Source: a virus
Reading direction: 5' to 3' (one strand)
DNA length: 64,000 nucleotides
IMG/VR virus record: IMGVR_UViG_3300017814_000184
Notes under the pieces: model-generated
Told to the model about the DNA's origin: nothing
The model's database searches: none
What the model saw: only the letters and a program-made list of their open reading frames with translations
Shown: positions 45,249 to 55,133 of the stretch, piece after piece
Layout of the letters: each line of letters opens with the position of its first letter
How positions within the stretch are numbered: the first letter of the stretch is position 1
Position numbers and translations under genes: made by a program

Positions 45249-46232
45249 GTGACGGTGGCGGTTTTACAAGCCTATGGAAGAGAGGTAAACAGCGTTTTTC
45301 AGCTTCTTGGCGAAAAGGAAAATGACCTCACAATGAGTATGTCTTGGGCGCTATCTCGTTGCCCGGTTTTTCTTGAAGCTGTTGTTCTAAAAATCACGGG
45401 CTTGGCACCTGTTGCCGATGAGATCGTGATAAAGAACCAGGTGTATGACCCAGCACTCGGAATCACCGATATTGAGATTTCAGACGGCAGGAACTTCCAT
45501 ATAATAATCGAGGCAAAACGGGGCTGGATTTTACCGTCCGCGAATCAACTCACCATGTATTCGGTTCGGATGAAAAACCCACAAAGGCTTATTCCGAATC
45601 GGCATATTGTGACGCTATCAGAATGCTCACAGAAATACGCCCAACTCTATCTTCCTTTTACTTCGTGCAATGGGATTCCCGTTTCGCATCTGTCATGGAA
45701 GGAAGTGTTTGACTTTGCGGAACAGTCAAGGGCTGCTTCAAACCATGAACAGAAGCATCTTTTGGCGGAGTTCTCGGATTATTTGAAGGGAGTGATGACC
45801 ATGCAAAAAAAGGACTCGAACATGGTATACGTTGTTGCGCTTGGCACGGACAAGCCGAACAAATGCGATATTTCTTGGATTGATATTGTCCTCCGGCATA
45901 ACCGCTACTTCTGCCCCGTTGGAGGCAACGGATGGCCGAAAGAGCCACCGAACTACATAGCGTTTCGATATTACGGACAGCTACAGTCCATCCACCATAT
46001 CGAAGGGTACACAGTTTCGCGCAATATGCATGATGAGATTCCCGAAATGCCGGATGAGGTGTGGGATACTGATTGTTATATTTACAAGTTGGGTCCCGCC
46101 ATTAAGCCACAGAAAACCGTTAAAACAGGCAAGATATACCGAAGTGGGCGGGTATGGGCGATGCTCGACACTCTTCTCACTTCCGACAGCATAAGCGATG
46201 CGCGTGACTTAACGCAGGAGAGAATGAAATGA
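45249..46232 (+). CDS. PD-(D/E)xK nuclease-family protein with a second C-terminal domain
   Basis: ENDLT..ITDIEI..IIIEAK..QLTMY catalytic pattern; C-terminal WPKEPPNYIAFRY. Confidence 0.75.
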   Translation: MTVAVLQAYGREVNSVFQLLGEKENDLTMSMSWALSRCPVFLEAVVLKITGLAPVADEIVIKNQVYDPALGITDIEISDGRNFHIIIEAKRGWILPSANQLTMYSVRMKNPQRLIPNRHIVTLSECSQKYAQLYLPFTSCNGIPVSHLSWKEVFDFAEQSRAASNHEQKHLLAEFSDYLKGVMTMQKKDSNMVYVVALGTDKPNKCDISWIDIVLRHNRYFCPVGGNGWPKEPPNYIAFRYYGQLQSIHHIEGYTVSRNMHDEIPEMPDEVWDTDCYIYKLGPAIKPQKTVKTGKIYRSGRVWAMLDTLLTSDSISDARDLTQERMK

Positions 46233-46336
46233 ACAACACGATAACCGTTGATAAAGACCGTTTCGATTTTCTCCTGTACGCTTATTTCGGTGAAAGCGAT
46301 AACCCCTACCCAATGTCGCTTCCGGCAAAGCGGTAA
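46229..46336 (+). pseudogene. 5-prime remnant of a gene coupled to the nuclease
   Basis: ATGA overlap with the nuclease stop; MNNTITVDKDRFDFLLYAYFGESDNPY then runs into helicase antisense sequence. Confidence 0.5.
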
Positions 46337-47994
46337 ATGCTCTGCCAGTCGTCTCCCACGCAGAATAACGAGTAGAAGGCATCAGCCCTCATGGCTTGGA
46401 GAAGGCTATACTGCCCTTTAGAGATGTCCTGGTACTCGTCAATAATGATGTACTTGAAGTTGTGGTGGAAATCCCCGGCGACAACATGGTCGCAAGCTCG
46501 GTTAATCATATCGCTGAAATCAATTGAGCCTTCGCTCGCAAGCATCTTATCGTAGGCATCATAAATCGGGAGAAAAAGGCGTACCAGCACCTTCTGCCCG
46601 ACATAAGACGGAGCCGCACACAAGTCCAGCAGTCCTTGCGAAGTTAGGCGGTTACTCTTCGACAGCGACAAGACGGTTTGAAATAGCTCCGCAAGCCCAT
46701 CCAGGACATTCTTTTTTCCCGTGTCCATCTGCGAGAAGAGTTCGTTTGCTGAAACCTGCTCCATCCGCACTCCACGCTTTTGGAGGGCTTTTCGTAAGTT
46801 TTCAAGAAGACTGCCATTGAGCTTCTCATATGCAAAGCACTCAATCAGAGTGGTGCTGTTTGCTGCGTGGAGGCCCTCTTTCCATGCGATTCCTTCTTGG
46901 TAGACCTCGCTTGCCGTTTTACCATCACGACCCGAAAAGTATGAAGGAACTTCTCCTTTGCTGTTCGTTCCGAAGTATTCGATGTAAATATCGTATTGCG
47001 GCAGGTAGAAATCCGGGTAGTATTGTCCGAACTCTTCTGTGCGGGTATCGACCTTGTAGGATGCCTCGTAGTGGTACTCTATGCCATACTGTGTGAGGAA
47101 ATTGGCGATCTCCATTTCCCCGTAGCTCTTTACGGTTTCGCCCTTGATTGTAGTCGGAGGATTGGTAGTTAGATAATCTTTGTATGACCTTTCGGAATCG
47201 AAATCGAACTCGGACTGCTGATTAACACGATGGAAGAGCATATATACAATGAGGAGTCGAGCGTAGTCATCATCTTCGAGGCATCGGTCAATCTGCTCAC
47301 GAATGAACCTGCGCGAATCGCCTTTGAAAATGAGCGGCGTTATTGACTCGGCCTTTTTTATGATATCCAAGCCGAGCTTATGAAATGTTGAAACCCTTAT
47401 GTCGAGGTTTGTCTCTTTGGTGAGCCTCGCATTCATCTCGCTCGCAGCGGCATTTGTAAAGGAGAGGACAAGGATTTCATCGGCGCGGCAAGCCCCGGTC
47501 GCAAGAAGGTATTTTACCTTACCCAAAATGGTCGTGGTCTTTCCTGTTCCGGCTCCGGCTACTACAAGGTGGTTCGGAGCGTCCTTTACGATACATCCCA
47601 TTTGCTGTTGGTCGAGAGGCCGCCCCTCTATGTTGCCGATGAGCCTATACGCCTCGGTAATTGCGTTCTTGAGCCACGAAGCATTATGGGCGGAAATGCC
47701 GCTATTGAGGTTTGCGAGAGATGTTTGAAAAAGGCTGCTCTGTCGCTGAAGCTCACGGTGTGAGGCGGCTTTTCGTAGCTTACGATTCCGCTCCGCAATC
47801 CGACTCTCCAATTGATGCCACGAGGCAAGTGAACTTGCAAAGCTGTAACCGTAGATATAGCCCGGAGTATCATTAAGGAGGTTCGATATGCCCTGGTTCG
47901 CTGCCGACACTTCGTCAATGGCAGAGCGGCATAAAGCGTCCCGCTCGTCTTTCTTCTGTTTCCGATTAGCGAAAAAGCTGTCAAGCAGACCCAA
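46306..47994 (-). pseudogene. UvrD/helicase IV (HelD-like) SF1 helicase truncated after motif III
   Basis: VVAGAGTGKT, IIIDEYQD, VGDDWQSIYRFAGSD then TAG; the second RecA domain is missing. Confidence 0.85.
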
Positions 47995-48504
47995 GTGAGC
48001 CACCTCCTATTTCTGTATTTGGTTTCGCCGAAAGGTTGAGTTTCGCCAATAAGTTAATTATAACTGTACCTTATGGCGTTTCTCAACCCCGTTTTACTCT
48101 CAATGTTCATTCTTCACAGCGCGGACAAACCTAAAAACACACAGGCGATATGTACCGAAGTGAGCAAAATCTGCCCGTAATACGAGCAAAACCCCCGAAA
48201 TAGGGGCTTTTATCAGCGATATTTGCTCCCTGCATCGCGTTCCACAAGGTAATCAGACACCCGACAGCTAATCCGTTCGATACAAAATACCAAATATGCG
48301 GTTGCCGAAACAATCGGGCACTATATGCAGTGTTTTGCCACCCCGTCCAGAAATACCAAGCACCCCTGGGGATACCCCTTTGCGGGGTAAGCACCCCACA
48401 AAAAGAACCCGGCACTGTGGAATTGTCGCCGGGTTAAGAATGTGTTACTTCTTATTATTATAGACGATATAGCACATCTTTTCAACAAACTTCTGTTCTG
48501 CGCC

Positions 48505-48540
48505 AAAAAAGAAAAAGGCACCCACCCGAAGGTAGGTGCC
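48505..48540 (-). terminator. Intrinsic terminator after the 78 aa gene
   Basis: GGCACCTACC-TTCG-GGTGGGTGCC followed by a T-rich tract on minus strand. Confidence 0.75.
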
Positions 48541-48634
48541 ATAAAGGTTTGGTGGTTTAATACGATGTTGCCCTCGTATCGCTTTGAGGCTTGCGGAAAG
48601 GAGGTGATTATTATGAAAACACAAAAAGAAGCAT

Positions 48635-48871
48635 TTAATCCGCAGTTGTCTGCGGCGCCAATTTGAGTTCAACACCATCGGTGTTCGCCTGGAGACCAAA
48701 AGTGTAGCCTTTGTCCATGACATCGTTACACAAAGCGTAGAGCTTGTCGATCAGATAAATCGCGGCCGGTGTGGCAAGGATAATCCAACCGTAGTTTCCT
48801 GCATGGGATGCAAGAGTAAGAAGTTCCTTATTCATGTGCGTGGTCGCACTTTTCGCAACAGTGTTATTCAT
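48635..48871 (-). CDS. 78 aa protein with one hydrophobic segment
   Basis: AAGGTGA RBS; own extended -10 TGGTATAAT (48934-48926); YGWIILATPAAIYLI. Confidence 0.6.
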   Translation of the reverse strand: MNNTVAKSATTHMNKELLTLASHAGNYGWIILATPAAIYLIDKLYALCNDVMDKGYTFGLQANTDGVELKLAPQTTAD

Positions 48872-48967
48872 TTTTTATCACCTTATAATTTTATTTCGTA
48901 TTGCTGACCACCCTCCTTTTCCATAATTATACCACAGGGACGGAAAAATGGAATTAGGCACTGTGAA

Positions 48968-49378
48968 TTATTGGGCTGCGGCCTTGGGGTCACGGCGCCA
49001 GTAGGGCTTGGCGGTTTTCAGATCGAAGATGACCGCCTTGTCCTCCTTACTGAACTGCCCAGCGATAGAATACTTCTCGCCCGGCTTCCATTCGGGCATG
49101 ATGCCACGGATGAGTGAAACCATCACAGCGTTCTGGAACATAACAGAGGACTTCTGCTCGTCCTTGCTCTTGGAGAAGTTGATGGTGTTGGCTTCGTTCC
49201 CACGAGCGACCTGGATGGCGATGCGCTTGCCCTGATCGTCCATAAGAATTTTTGCGAAGGGAGCAAAGTCCAGGAGGCTGACCACGGGCTTGGTGAAACG
49301 GAGATGCTTGTCATCAATGATGACACAAGCGGGTTCTACGCTCTTGATGACTTCCAGTACCTTGAAATTTTCTAACAT
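48968..49378 (-). CDS. Recombinase-associated hypothetical protein (possible directionality or accessory factor)
   Basis: 136 aa, starts 5 nt after the recombinase 3 stop. Confidence 0.7.
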   Translation of the reverse strand: MLENFKVLEVIKSVEPACVIIDDKHLRFTKPVVSLLDFAPFAKILMDDQGKRIAIQVARGNEANTINFSKSKDEQKSSVMFQNAVMVSLIRGIMPEWKPGEKYSIAGQFSKEDKAVIFDLKTAKPYWRRDPKAAAQ

Positions 49379-49383
49379 GATTA

Positions 49384-50562
49384 TTATCCTCTCATTCGTT
49401 TGTTGTTGTGTGCGGCTATGCCAGCGCGCACTTCTTCCATGTTTCTTGCTTTCCACGAAGGGTCCAGTTCAAGAAAACCTTTCGTTTTTCCACGCCGCGA
49501 CCAAACCAAGGTCAGTGGGGGCGGCGGTGGTTTGACCTTGCGGCGCTGCTCAAACCTCCGGGTTTTAAGCAGTTTCTGCACTAAACGCCAGTCTGCCTCG
49601 GACACGATTGCTGGGTGATGGTCGTGCATCACATACTGCCGCTCCTGGCCGGTGTTTTTTATGGAGCGGTGAGAAAGGCAGTCCGGGGTAACCGTTTTTT
49701 GCATAAGGACATCGCCGAAGTATTTTTCATTCCGAAGAATGCAGTAGACACTACCAGGCGGCCAGGCTTTCAGCCCTTTGACCGTTGGGATGCCGAGGCT
49801 GGTGAGGCGTTCTGCAATCTCCCGGCAGTTTTCTCCGCTTATGTAGGACTCATAAATCAAGCGGACAACTTCTGCCTCATCCTCAACGATGACCATATTG
49901 CCATCTTCATCCTTGTCATATCCAAGGAGTGCCCAGGTGGGAGTAAGCGGGATGCCGCGAGAAAAGCGGTTGCGGCAAGCCCATTTTATTGCTTCGGATT
50001 TGTTCTCAGACTCGCCCTGGGCCACGGAACTCAGCAGAGCCAGCATTGCCTCTGTGTTCCGGTCGGTTGTGTTGATACCCTCGTTTTCAAAGAAAATTGC
50101 CACAGGCGGGGTGAGCTGCTTTAGTTGCCTGGCATGGGACAGGCAATCCAGCGTATTACGGGCAAAGCGGCTGATGGACTTCGTAATGATGAGGTCAATC
50201 TTGCCGGCCACGCAATCCGCTATCATGCGCTGGAACTCTTTGCGGTGCATAATGTTGGTGCCGGAGATACCCTCGTCAGCATATATATCCACAAACTCCC
50301 ATGCCGGATTCTTATGGATGAGATCGGTGTAATACTGCACCTGTAGTTCATAACTGCCAGCCTGCGCCTCTTGGTCGGTGCTGACACGGCAGTAGGCAGC
50401 AACCCGGAGTATCTTTGGCTCATCGGCGGTCAAGTCCCGTGTGGCAGGAATAACCTCCACTTCGGCACTGTCGGTATAAGCCACCTTGATTTTATCCTTG
50501 GCAGCTTTTCGCCGCTCAGCCTTGGATGCACCTTTCCACTGTGGCTTCCTTTTGTTGCTCAT
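49384..50562 (-). CDS. Large serine recombinase 3 (lacks zinc ribbon)
   Basis: AAYCRVSTD, YADEGISGT, TKSISRFARN, ILRNEKYFGD. Confidence 0.93.
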   Translation of the reverse strand: MSNKRKPQWKGASKAERRKAAKDKIKVAYTDSAEVEVIPATRDLTADEPKILRVAAYCRVSTDQEAQAGSYELQVQYYTDLIHKNPAWEFVDIYADEGISGTNIMHRKEFQRMIADCVAGKIDLIITKSISRFARNTLDCLSHARQLKQLTPPVAIFFENEGINTTDRNTEAMLALLSSVAQGESENKSEAIKWACRNRFSRGIPLTPTWALLGYDKDEDGNMVIVEDEAEVVRLIYESYISGENCREIAERLTSLGIPTVKGLKAWPPGSVYCILRNEKYFGDVLMQKTVTPDCLSHRSIKNTGQERQYVMHDHHPAIVSEADWRLVQKLLKTRRFEQRRKVKPPPPPLTLVWSRRGKTKGFLELDPSWKARNMEEVRAGIAAHNNKRMRG

Positions 50563-50894
50563 GATTTCATCACCACCCTTCCCACGACAGACCGTGCCGT
50601 GTAAGGGATTTATGCCTCCCTATGGGGCCAAAGAAGATTATAACAAGAACTACTCTTTTGCGTTAGTTGCAATTCAAAAGATAAAGCGTTGTAATAATTA
50701 TCCCGGTCGTCTTTGCGGCGAAACCAAAACGGGAGCAAGAAACGGTGGTGTTATGTTGATTTATTCGACATCATTTGCTACACTATACTTAGCTGTAAAA
50801 ATGCGATGAAATCCCGGAACACCTATAACGTTGGGAAGAATTGTAACATATATACCGCATTTGGGGCGGTTGTAAGAGGAACGGAGGAATTGGT

Positions 50895-52325
50895 GTGCTG
50901 CTGTTTTCAACGACTCTGCCCATAAATGATACGCTGACAAAAGATGCATTTATCGCACTTGTAATAGAATGGAACCAAGGAAGCCCCCACCCTAACAATG
51001 TCATTGCCGGAATAGACTGGCATGGTGAACGAAACATCCGCTATGGGAACGACCACCTTTGGATGGAAATCGAAGAATACCGCAACCAAAATGTGATTGC
51101 GATTCGCTATGAAAAAATAGAGGCAGATGGCGTAATTTGGGATACGGATTATGTGATGAACTTCAACGCCATGAAAATGTCAATCAGACTTGACCGAAGT
51201 TTTATGGAAGAGGCGCTTACGGTTGACCCCAACTTTTCCACACCTCACTTTATTACATTACTGATTAACCATGGATATCTAAAAAATGACGGGGATTTGC
51301 CGGTTCAGCGTCAGCCTGTTCTTATTGACGAGAACAACATAGAAAAACTGTCCAACATAATCAACGGGAGTATACGGTATCGCCTTCCGGTAGTGTACAT
51401 CTCAAAAACTTTTGACAATAAAGATCCTATAGATGTGTGGTTCTTGGCAAGCAAGCTAAAGGGCGCAGCCCATGTGCTTGTGCAAAAAGGAACGTGGCTT
51501 AATAGTAGACTCAGAAGGCTGTGTGAGGACAAAAACGAGTATTTGGGCGCGATTGGAATTTACTACCCTAACCCAGCAGTGGCTCACAAAAAATTACTGT
51601 ATCGCGAATACACTGGAAGCCAACAGGTATTATTTGAAAAGGTGGTTCGCACGGTAATCCAATATGGGAACTCACAAAATGTAGACAGCCTGTACACATG
51701 GCAAGGAGTAAGCAATGCACTATTAACGGACAGGCTCGAAAACCAGCGTGCTGAAAGACTTGCCGCAGAAAAAGCTAAACAACAGACAGAGGCTGAAACC
51801 GACCAGTTGTTGGAAACCTTTGACGATGATTTTCAAAAGTTGCAAGAGCAGGTTAAGGAACTGACCCGTGTAAACGAGGCATTGCGGCAAGAAAACGACG
51901 GCCTGCACGCTAAACTGAGCGCAACAGACTCTGTGCCGATCTTGTGCTTAGGAGATGAGGACGAGTTCTATCAAGGCGAAATCAAGGACATGGTTTTATC
52001 TATATTATGTGATGCTTTACCGGGGCTTGTAGAAAAATCAAGACGAGCAGATGTGATTCACGATATTATCAACAGCAATGAGTATCAACATTTGTCCGAA
52101 CACCGTGCCGAAACGATAAAACGGTTATTGAGAGACTACACTGGAATGCCCAGCCGTTTGCGGCAGGATTTAACTGATTTTGGCTTTGTCATTACAGACG
52201 ACGGGAAGCACTATAAACTTACATACTATGGTGATGGTCGCTATCAAACGATCTTCGCCAAAACGCCAAGTGATGGTCGTGCTGGAAAAAATAATGCAGC
52301 AGCAATAATCAAAAGTATGCTTTGA
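50895..52325 (+). CDS. 476 aa hypothetical protein: N-terminal domains, coiled coil and HicA-like C-terminus
   Basis: AT-rich, opposite strand to flanking recombinases; GFVITDDGKHYKLTY..KTPSDGRAGKN C-terminal motif. Confidence 0.75.
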   Translation: MLLFSTTLPINDTLTKDAFIALVIEWNQGSPHPNNVIAGIDWHGERNIRYGNDHLWMEIEEYRNQNVIAIRYEKIEADGVIWDTDYVMNFNAMKMSIRLDRSFMEEALTVDPNFSTPHFITLLINHGYLKNDGDLPVQRQPVLIDENNIEKLSNIINGSIRYRLPVVYISKTFDNKDPIDVWFLASKLKGAAHVLVQKGTWLNSRLRRLCEDKNEYLGAIGIYYPNPAVAHKKLLYREYTGSQQVLFEKVVRTVIQYGNSQNVDSLYTWQGVSNALLTDRLENQRAERLAAEKAKQQTEAETDQLLETFDDDFQKLQEQVKELTRVNEALRQENDGLHAKLSATDSVPILCLGDEDEFYQGEIKDMVLSILCDALPGLVEKSRRADVIHDIINSNEYQHLSEHRAETIKRLLRDYTGMPSRLRQDLTDFGFVITDDGKHYKLTYYGDGRYQTIFAKTPSDGRAGKNNAAAIIKSML

Positions 52326-52340
52326 AATGACTATGTAAAT

Positions 52341-52370
52341 AGGCCACCCGGCTTTTTCGCTGGGTGGCCT
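52341..52370. terminator. Hairpin between convergent genes
   Basis: AGGCCACCC..GGGTGGCCT. Confidence 0.65.
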
Positions 52371-52384
52371 TTGCTATTGGTCGA

Positions 52385-53791
52385 TTATTCCTGGGTGGCA
52401 ATGCCCACGCTGCTTCCGTCAAGGAAATAGACATCCACTACCCCAAGGGGGCGAACGATGCAATGGTCGAACACTTTGCTGACCAGGGCGCAATCCAATT
52501 CCCGAACCGGGGTGGTGTCCTCGGTGAGTTCCATGAACTGCCGTGCGCGGAAGGCAACCAGCGCATTGTCACCCTTGCTCTGCTTTTCCCACCGAGGCAG
52601 ATAGTCCTCACGGCTTTCGAGGATGGCGTTCCAAGCCAGGAGGAAAGCCTTGTGGAGATCGGCTTCGGTGAGGTTTTCACTCGTGCAGCCGACCACGCCT
52701 TTCTCCTTGTATCGCTTGCCACATTGCCATACGACCTTTTTGGCGTTGAGCCGATAAAAGGTTCGGCGCCAGTAAACATTGCCGCACACCCCACACAGCA
52801 CCCGATTGGAGAAAGGCTGGGTATCGGTGTAGCGCCCCATCGTGCGAAGCCCATGCTGGGCCATGTATTCCCGGCGGCGCGCAATCTCCATCTGCGTGGC
52901 GTACCAGAACTCCTTGTCCACCAGGGCTTCGTGGTCATCTTTGATGTGGTACTGGTCGATGTGGCCCTTGTTGTCGACCATGCGCTTGGTGAGGTAGTCG
53001 GAAGTGTAGGTCTTTTGCAGGATGGCATCGCCCATGTGCTTCTCGTTCTCCAGAACACTCATAATGGTGGCGACCGTCCAGCTTGGCTTGCCCATGCAGC
53101 CAGGAACGCCCTGCTCGTTCAACCGCCGTGCAATCACATCGGGGTTGACACCGTTCATGAAATCACGGTAAATCTGCTGGACGATGGGGCCTTGCTCTTT
53201 GTTGATGACCAGCCGCCCTTTGGCATCCTTGTCGTAGCCATAGAAGCGGTTGGCGTTGAGATGCAGAACGCCCTGCTTGAACAGCGACCGGATACCCCAG
53301 GTGGTGTTTTCGGAAATGGAGCGGCTTTCGTCCTGTGCCAAGGAGGACAGGATGGTGAAAAGCAATTCCCCGGTGCTGTCCAGCGTGTTGATGTTTTCTT
53401 TCTCGAACTGTACCCCAATGCCCAGGTCTTTCAAATGGCGTGAGTAGTTGAGGCAGTCCTGCGTGTTTCGGGCAAAGCGGCTGATGGATTTGGTGATGAT
53501 GAGGTCGATTTTACCCGCCTCGCAGTCCCGAATCATCCGCTGGAAGTCATCACGGTGGCGGGTGCTGGTACCGGAAATGCCCTCGTCTGCGTAGATGTCC
53601 ACCATTTCGTATTGGGGGTTGTTGTTGATGAACTCGGTGTAGTAGGTCACCTGGTTCTCAAAGCTGTTGAGCTGCTCGTCCTGCTCAGAGGACACTCGGC
53701 AGTACGCAGCCACTCTGATTTTGCGGGTGGAAATTGCCGCCCTGTTGCTTAACTCCCGCCGTGCGGGAATGTGCAATATCTCTCTTGCCAT
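52385..53791 (-). CDS. Large serine recombinase 2
   Basis: AAYCRVSSE, YADEGISGT, SRFARN, ENEKHMGD, zinc ribbon CGVC..C..C. Confidence 0.95.
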   Translation of the reverse strand: MAREILHIPARRELSNRAAISTRKIRVAAYCRVSSEQDEQLNSFENQVTYYTEFINNNPQYEMVDIYADEGISGTSTRHRDDFQRMIRDCEAGKIDLIITKSISRFARNTQDCLNYSRHLKDLGIGVQFEKENINTLDSTGELLFTILSSLAQDESRSISENTTWGIRSLFKQGVLHLNANRFYGYDKDAKGRLVINKEQGPIVQQIYRDFMNGVNPDVIARRLNEQGVPGCMGKPSWTVATIMSVLENEKHMGDAILQKTYTSDYLTKRMVDNKGHIDQYHIKDDHEALVDKEFWYATQMEIARRREYMAQHGLRTMGRYTDTQPFSNRVLCGVCGNVYWRRTFYRLNAKKVVWQCGKRYKEKGVVGCTSENLTEADLHKAFLLAWNAILESREDYLPRWEKQSKGDNALVAFRARQFMELTEDTTPVRELDCALVSKVFDHCIVRPLGVVDVYFLDGSSVGIATQE

Positions 53792-55034
53792 TTTCGTCCA
53801 GTCCTTTCTGTTTGTAGGGGCATTCCTCGGAAGCCTCATATTCTGTTTTCGGGAAAGCAGTAAAATGCTTCATCCCGTAATCGTCTGTGTAAGCGATGAC
53901 CGTCACGGGTTCATCGATGTCACCCCAGCCGTTGGCGATGCCCGCTGGAATGGAAACGCCCTTGCAGGCCGCAGCGGATACCTTGATGTTGGTTCGGCAA
54001 GTCCAGTATTCTTGTTTCCCGCCATTCGACCATCTGTGGACGAGCGAGGCACCGCAGAACGGGCAGAACAGCTTGCCAGTCAAAGGATACCGACTGTGGC
54101 TTGAACGGCGTTCCTGGGGCTTCTGCGGGGGCGTGGGAGCAAGCTGCTGGCTCCGCTTGGCAAGAACCTCCTGCACAGCATCCCACTGCTCTGGCGGCAC
54201 AATGGCTGGGTGGTTTTCGGCAATGTACCACTGGTCAACCTGGCCTTGGTTCTTGTGGCGCTTGCGCCGACTGTCGAGGTAGGTCTTTTGCAGAATGAGA
54301 TCGCCCTTGTAGGCGGTATTGTGCAGGATGCGGAAAATGCCAGTGTCATTCCATTTGGCTTTCGTGCTGGTGGGGATATGATGCTTGTTCAGGTAAGCGC
54401 GGATTTTGCCAGGCCACACGCCATGCTCGGCAAGGTCGAAAATAAGCCGAACCGTCTCGGCTTGCTTTTCATTGACCGTGATGCCGCCGTTTGCATCCTG
54501 GGAAAAACCGTAGGTGCGCTCCAAGCCCGAAGCAGGGATACCGCTGGAAAACTTGCGCTTGTAGGTCAGCTTGGCGTTGTCAGATGCGCCCTCGCTCTCG
54601 GCCTGTGCAAAAGCCGCCAGCACCGTGAGCATGAGTTCGCCGGCCCCGGACAGCGTGTTGATGTTCTGAAGCTGAAAGAAAATACCGACACCGATGCTTT
54701 TCAGTTCCCTGGAGAACTTCAGCACGGTCTCGGTATTTCTTGCAAATCGTGATACGCTTTTTACGATGATGAGGTCAATCAGCCCTGCCTTGGCATCGGC
54801 AATCATCTGCTGGAACTGTGGGCGGCTCTCCTTGAAACCAGAGATGCCCTGGTCTGCATAGATGCCAGCGAACTCCCAGCCAGGGTTGGTGGCGATGTAG
54901 TCACGGAAGTAAGTGGTCTGGTTCTCCAGCGAGTCCTCTTGCTCGTCACTGTCGGTGGAAACGCGCACATAGGCGCAAACCTTGAGGCGCTTCCGTTCTG
55001 CTGCCACCGTGGACTTTATCACTTTAATTCTCAT
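53685..55034 (-). CDS. Large serine recombinase 1
   Basis: CAYVRVSTD, YADQGISG, SRFARN, NTAYKGD, CPFC..C..C. Confidence 0.95.
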   Translation of the reverse strand: MRIKVIKSTVAAERKRLKVCAYVRVSTDSDEQEDSLENQTTYFRDYIATNPGWEFAGIYADQGISGFKESRPQFQQMIADAKAGLIDLIIVKSVSRFARNTETVLKFSRELKSIGVGIFFQLQNINTLSGAGELMLTVLAAFAQAESEGASDNAKLTYKRKFSSGIPASGLERTYGFSQDANGGITVNEKQAETVRLIFDLAEHGVWPGKIRAYLNKHHIPTSTKAKWNDTGIFRILHNTAYKGDLILQKTYLDSRRKRHKNQGQVDQWYIAENHPAIVPPEQWDAVQEVLAKRSQQLAPTPPQKPQERRSSHSRYPLTGKLFCPFCGASLVHRWSNGGKQEYWTCRTNIKVSAAACKGVSIPAGIANGWGDIDEPVTVIAYTDDYGMKHFTAFPKTEYEASEECPYKQKGLDENGKRDIAHSRTAGVKQQGGNFHPQNQSGCVLPSVL

Positions 55035-55060
55035 TTCGTTGTCCTCCTTCCTATTTTGGT

Positions 55061-55097
55061 AGTCATATAAATCACTCTAAAGGGGCGATTAGTCAAG
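55061..55097 (-). promoter_or_regulatory. Promoter motif, copy B (recombinase gene)
   Basis: CTTGACTAATCGCCCCTTTAGAGTGATTTATATGAC. Confidence 0.7.
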
Positions 55098-55133
55098 TTA
55101 ATTCGTGCTGTTTTTCGGTGGATTTTCAAGGGC

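Noticed and set aside
48131-48415. 94 aa minus-strand ORF in the junction region
   Set aside because: No RBS, atypical composition, and it overlaps dyad-rich DNA that looks regulatory or att-like
50764-50770. Isolated 0A box TTCGACA upstream of the 476 aa gene
   Set aside because: A single match with six fixed bases is expected many times by chance in 64 kb, and there is no phased neighbour
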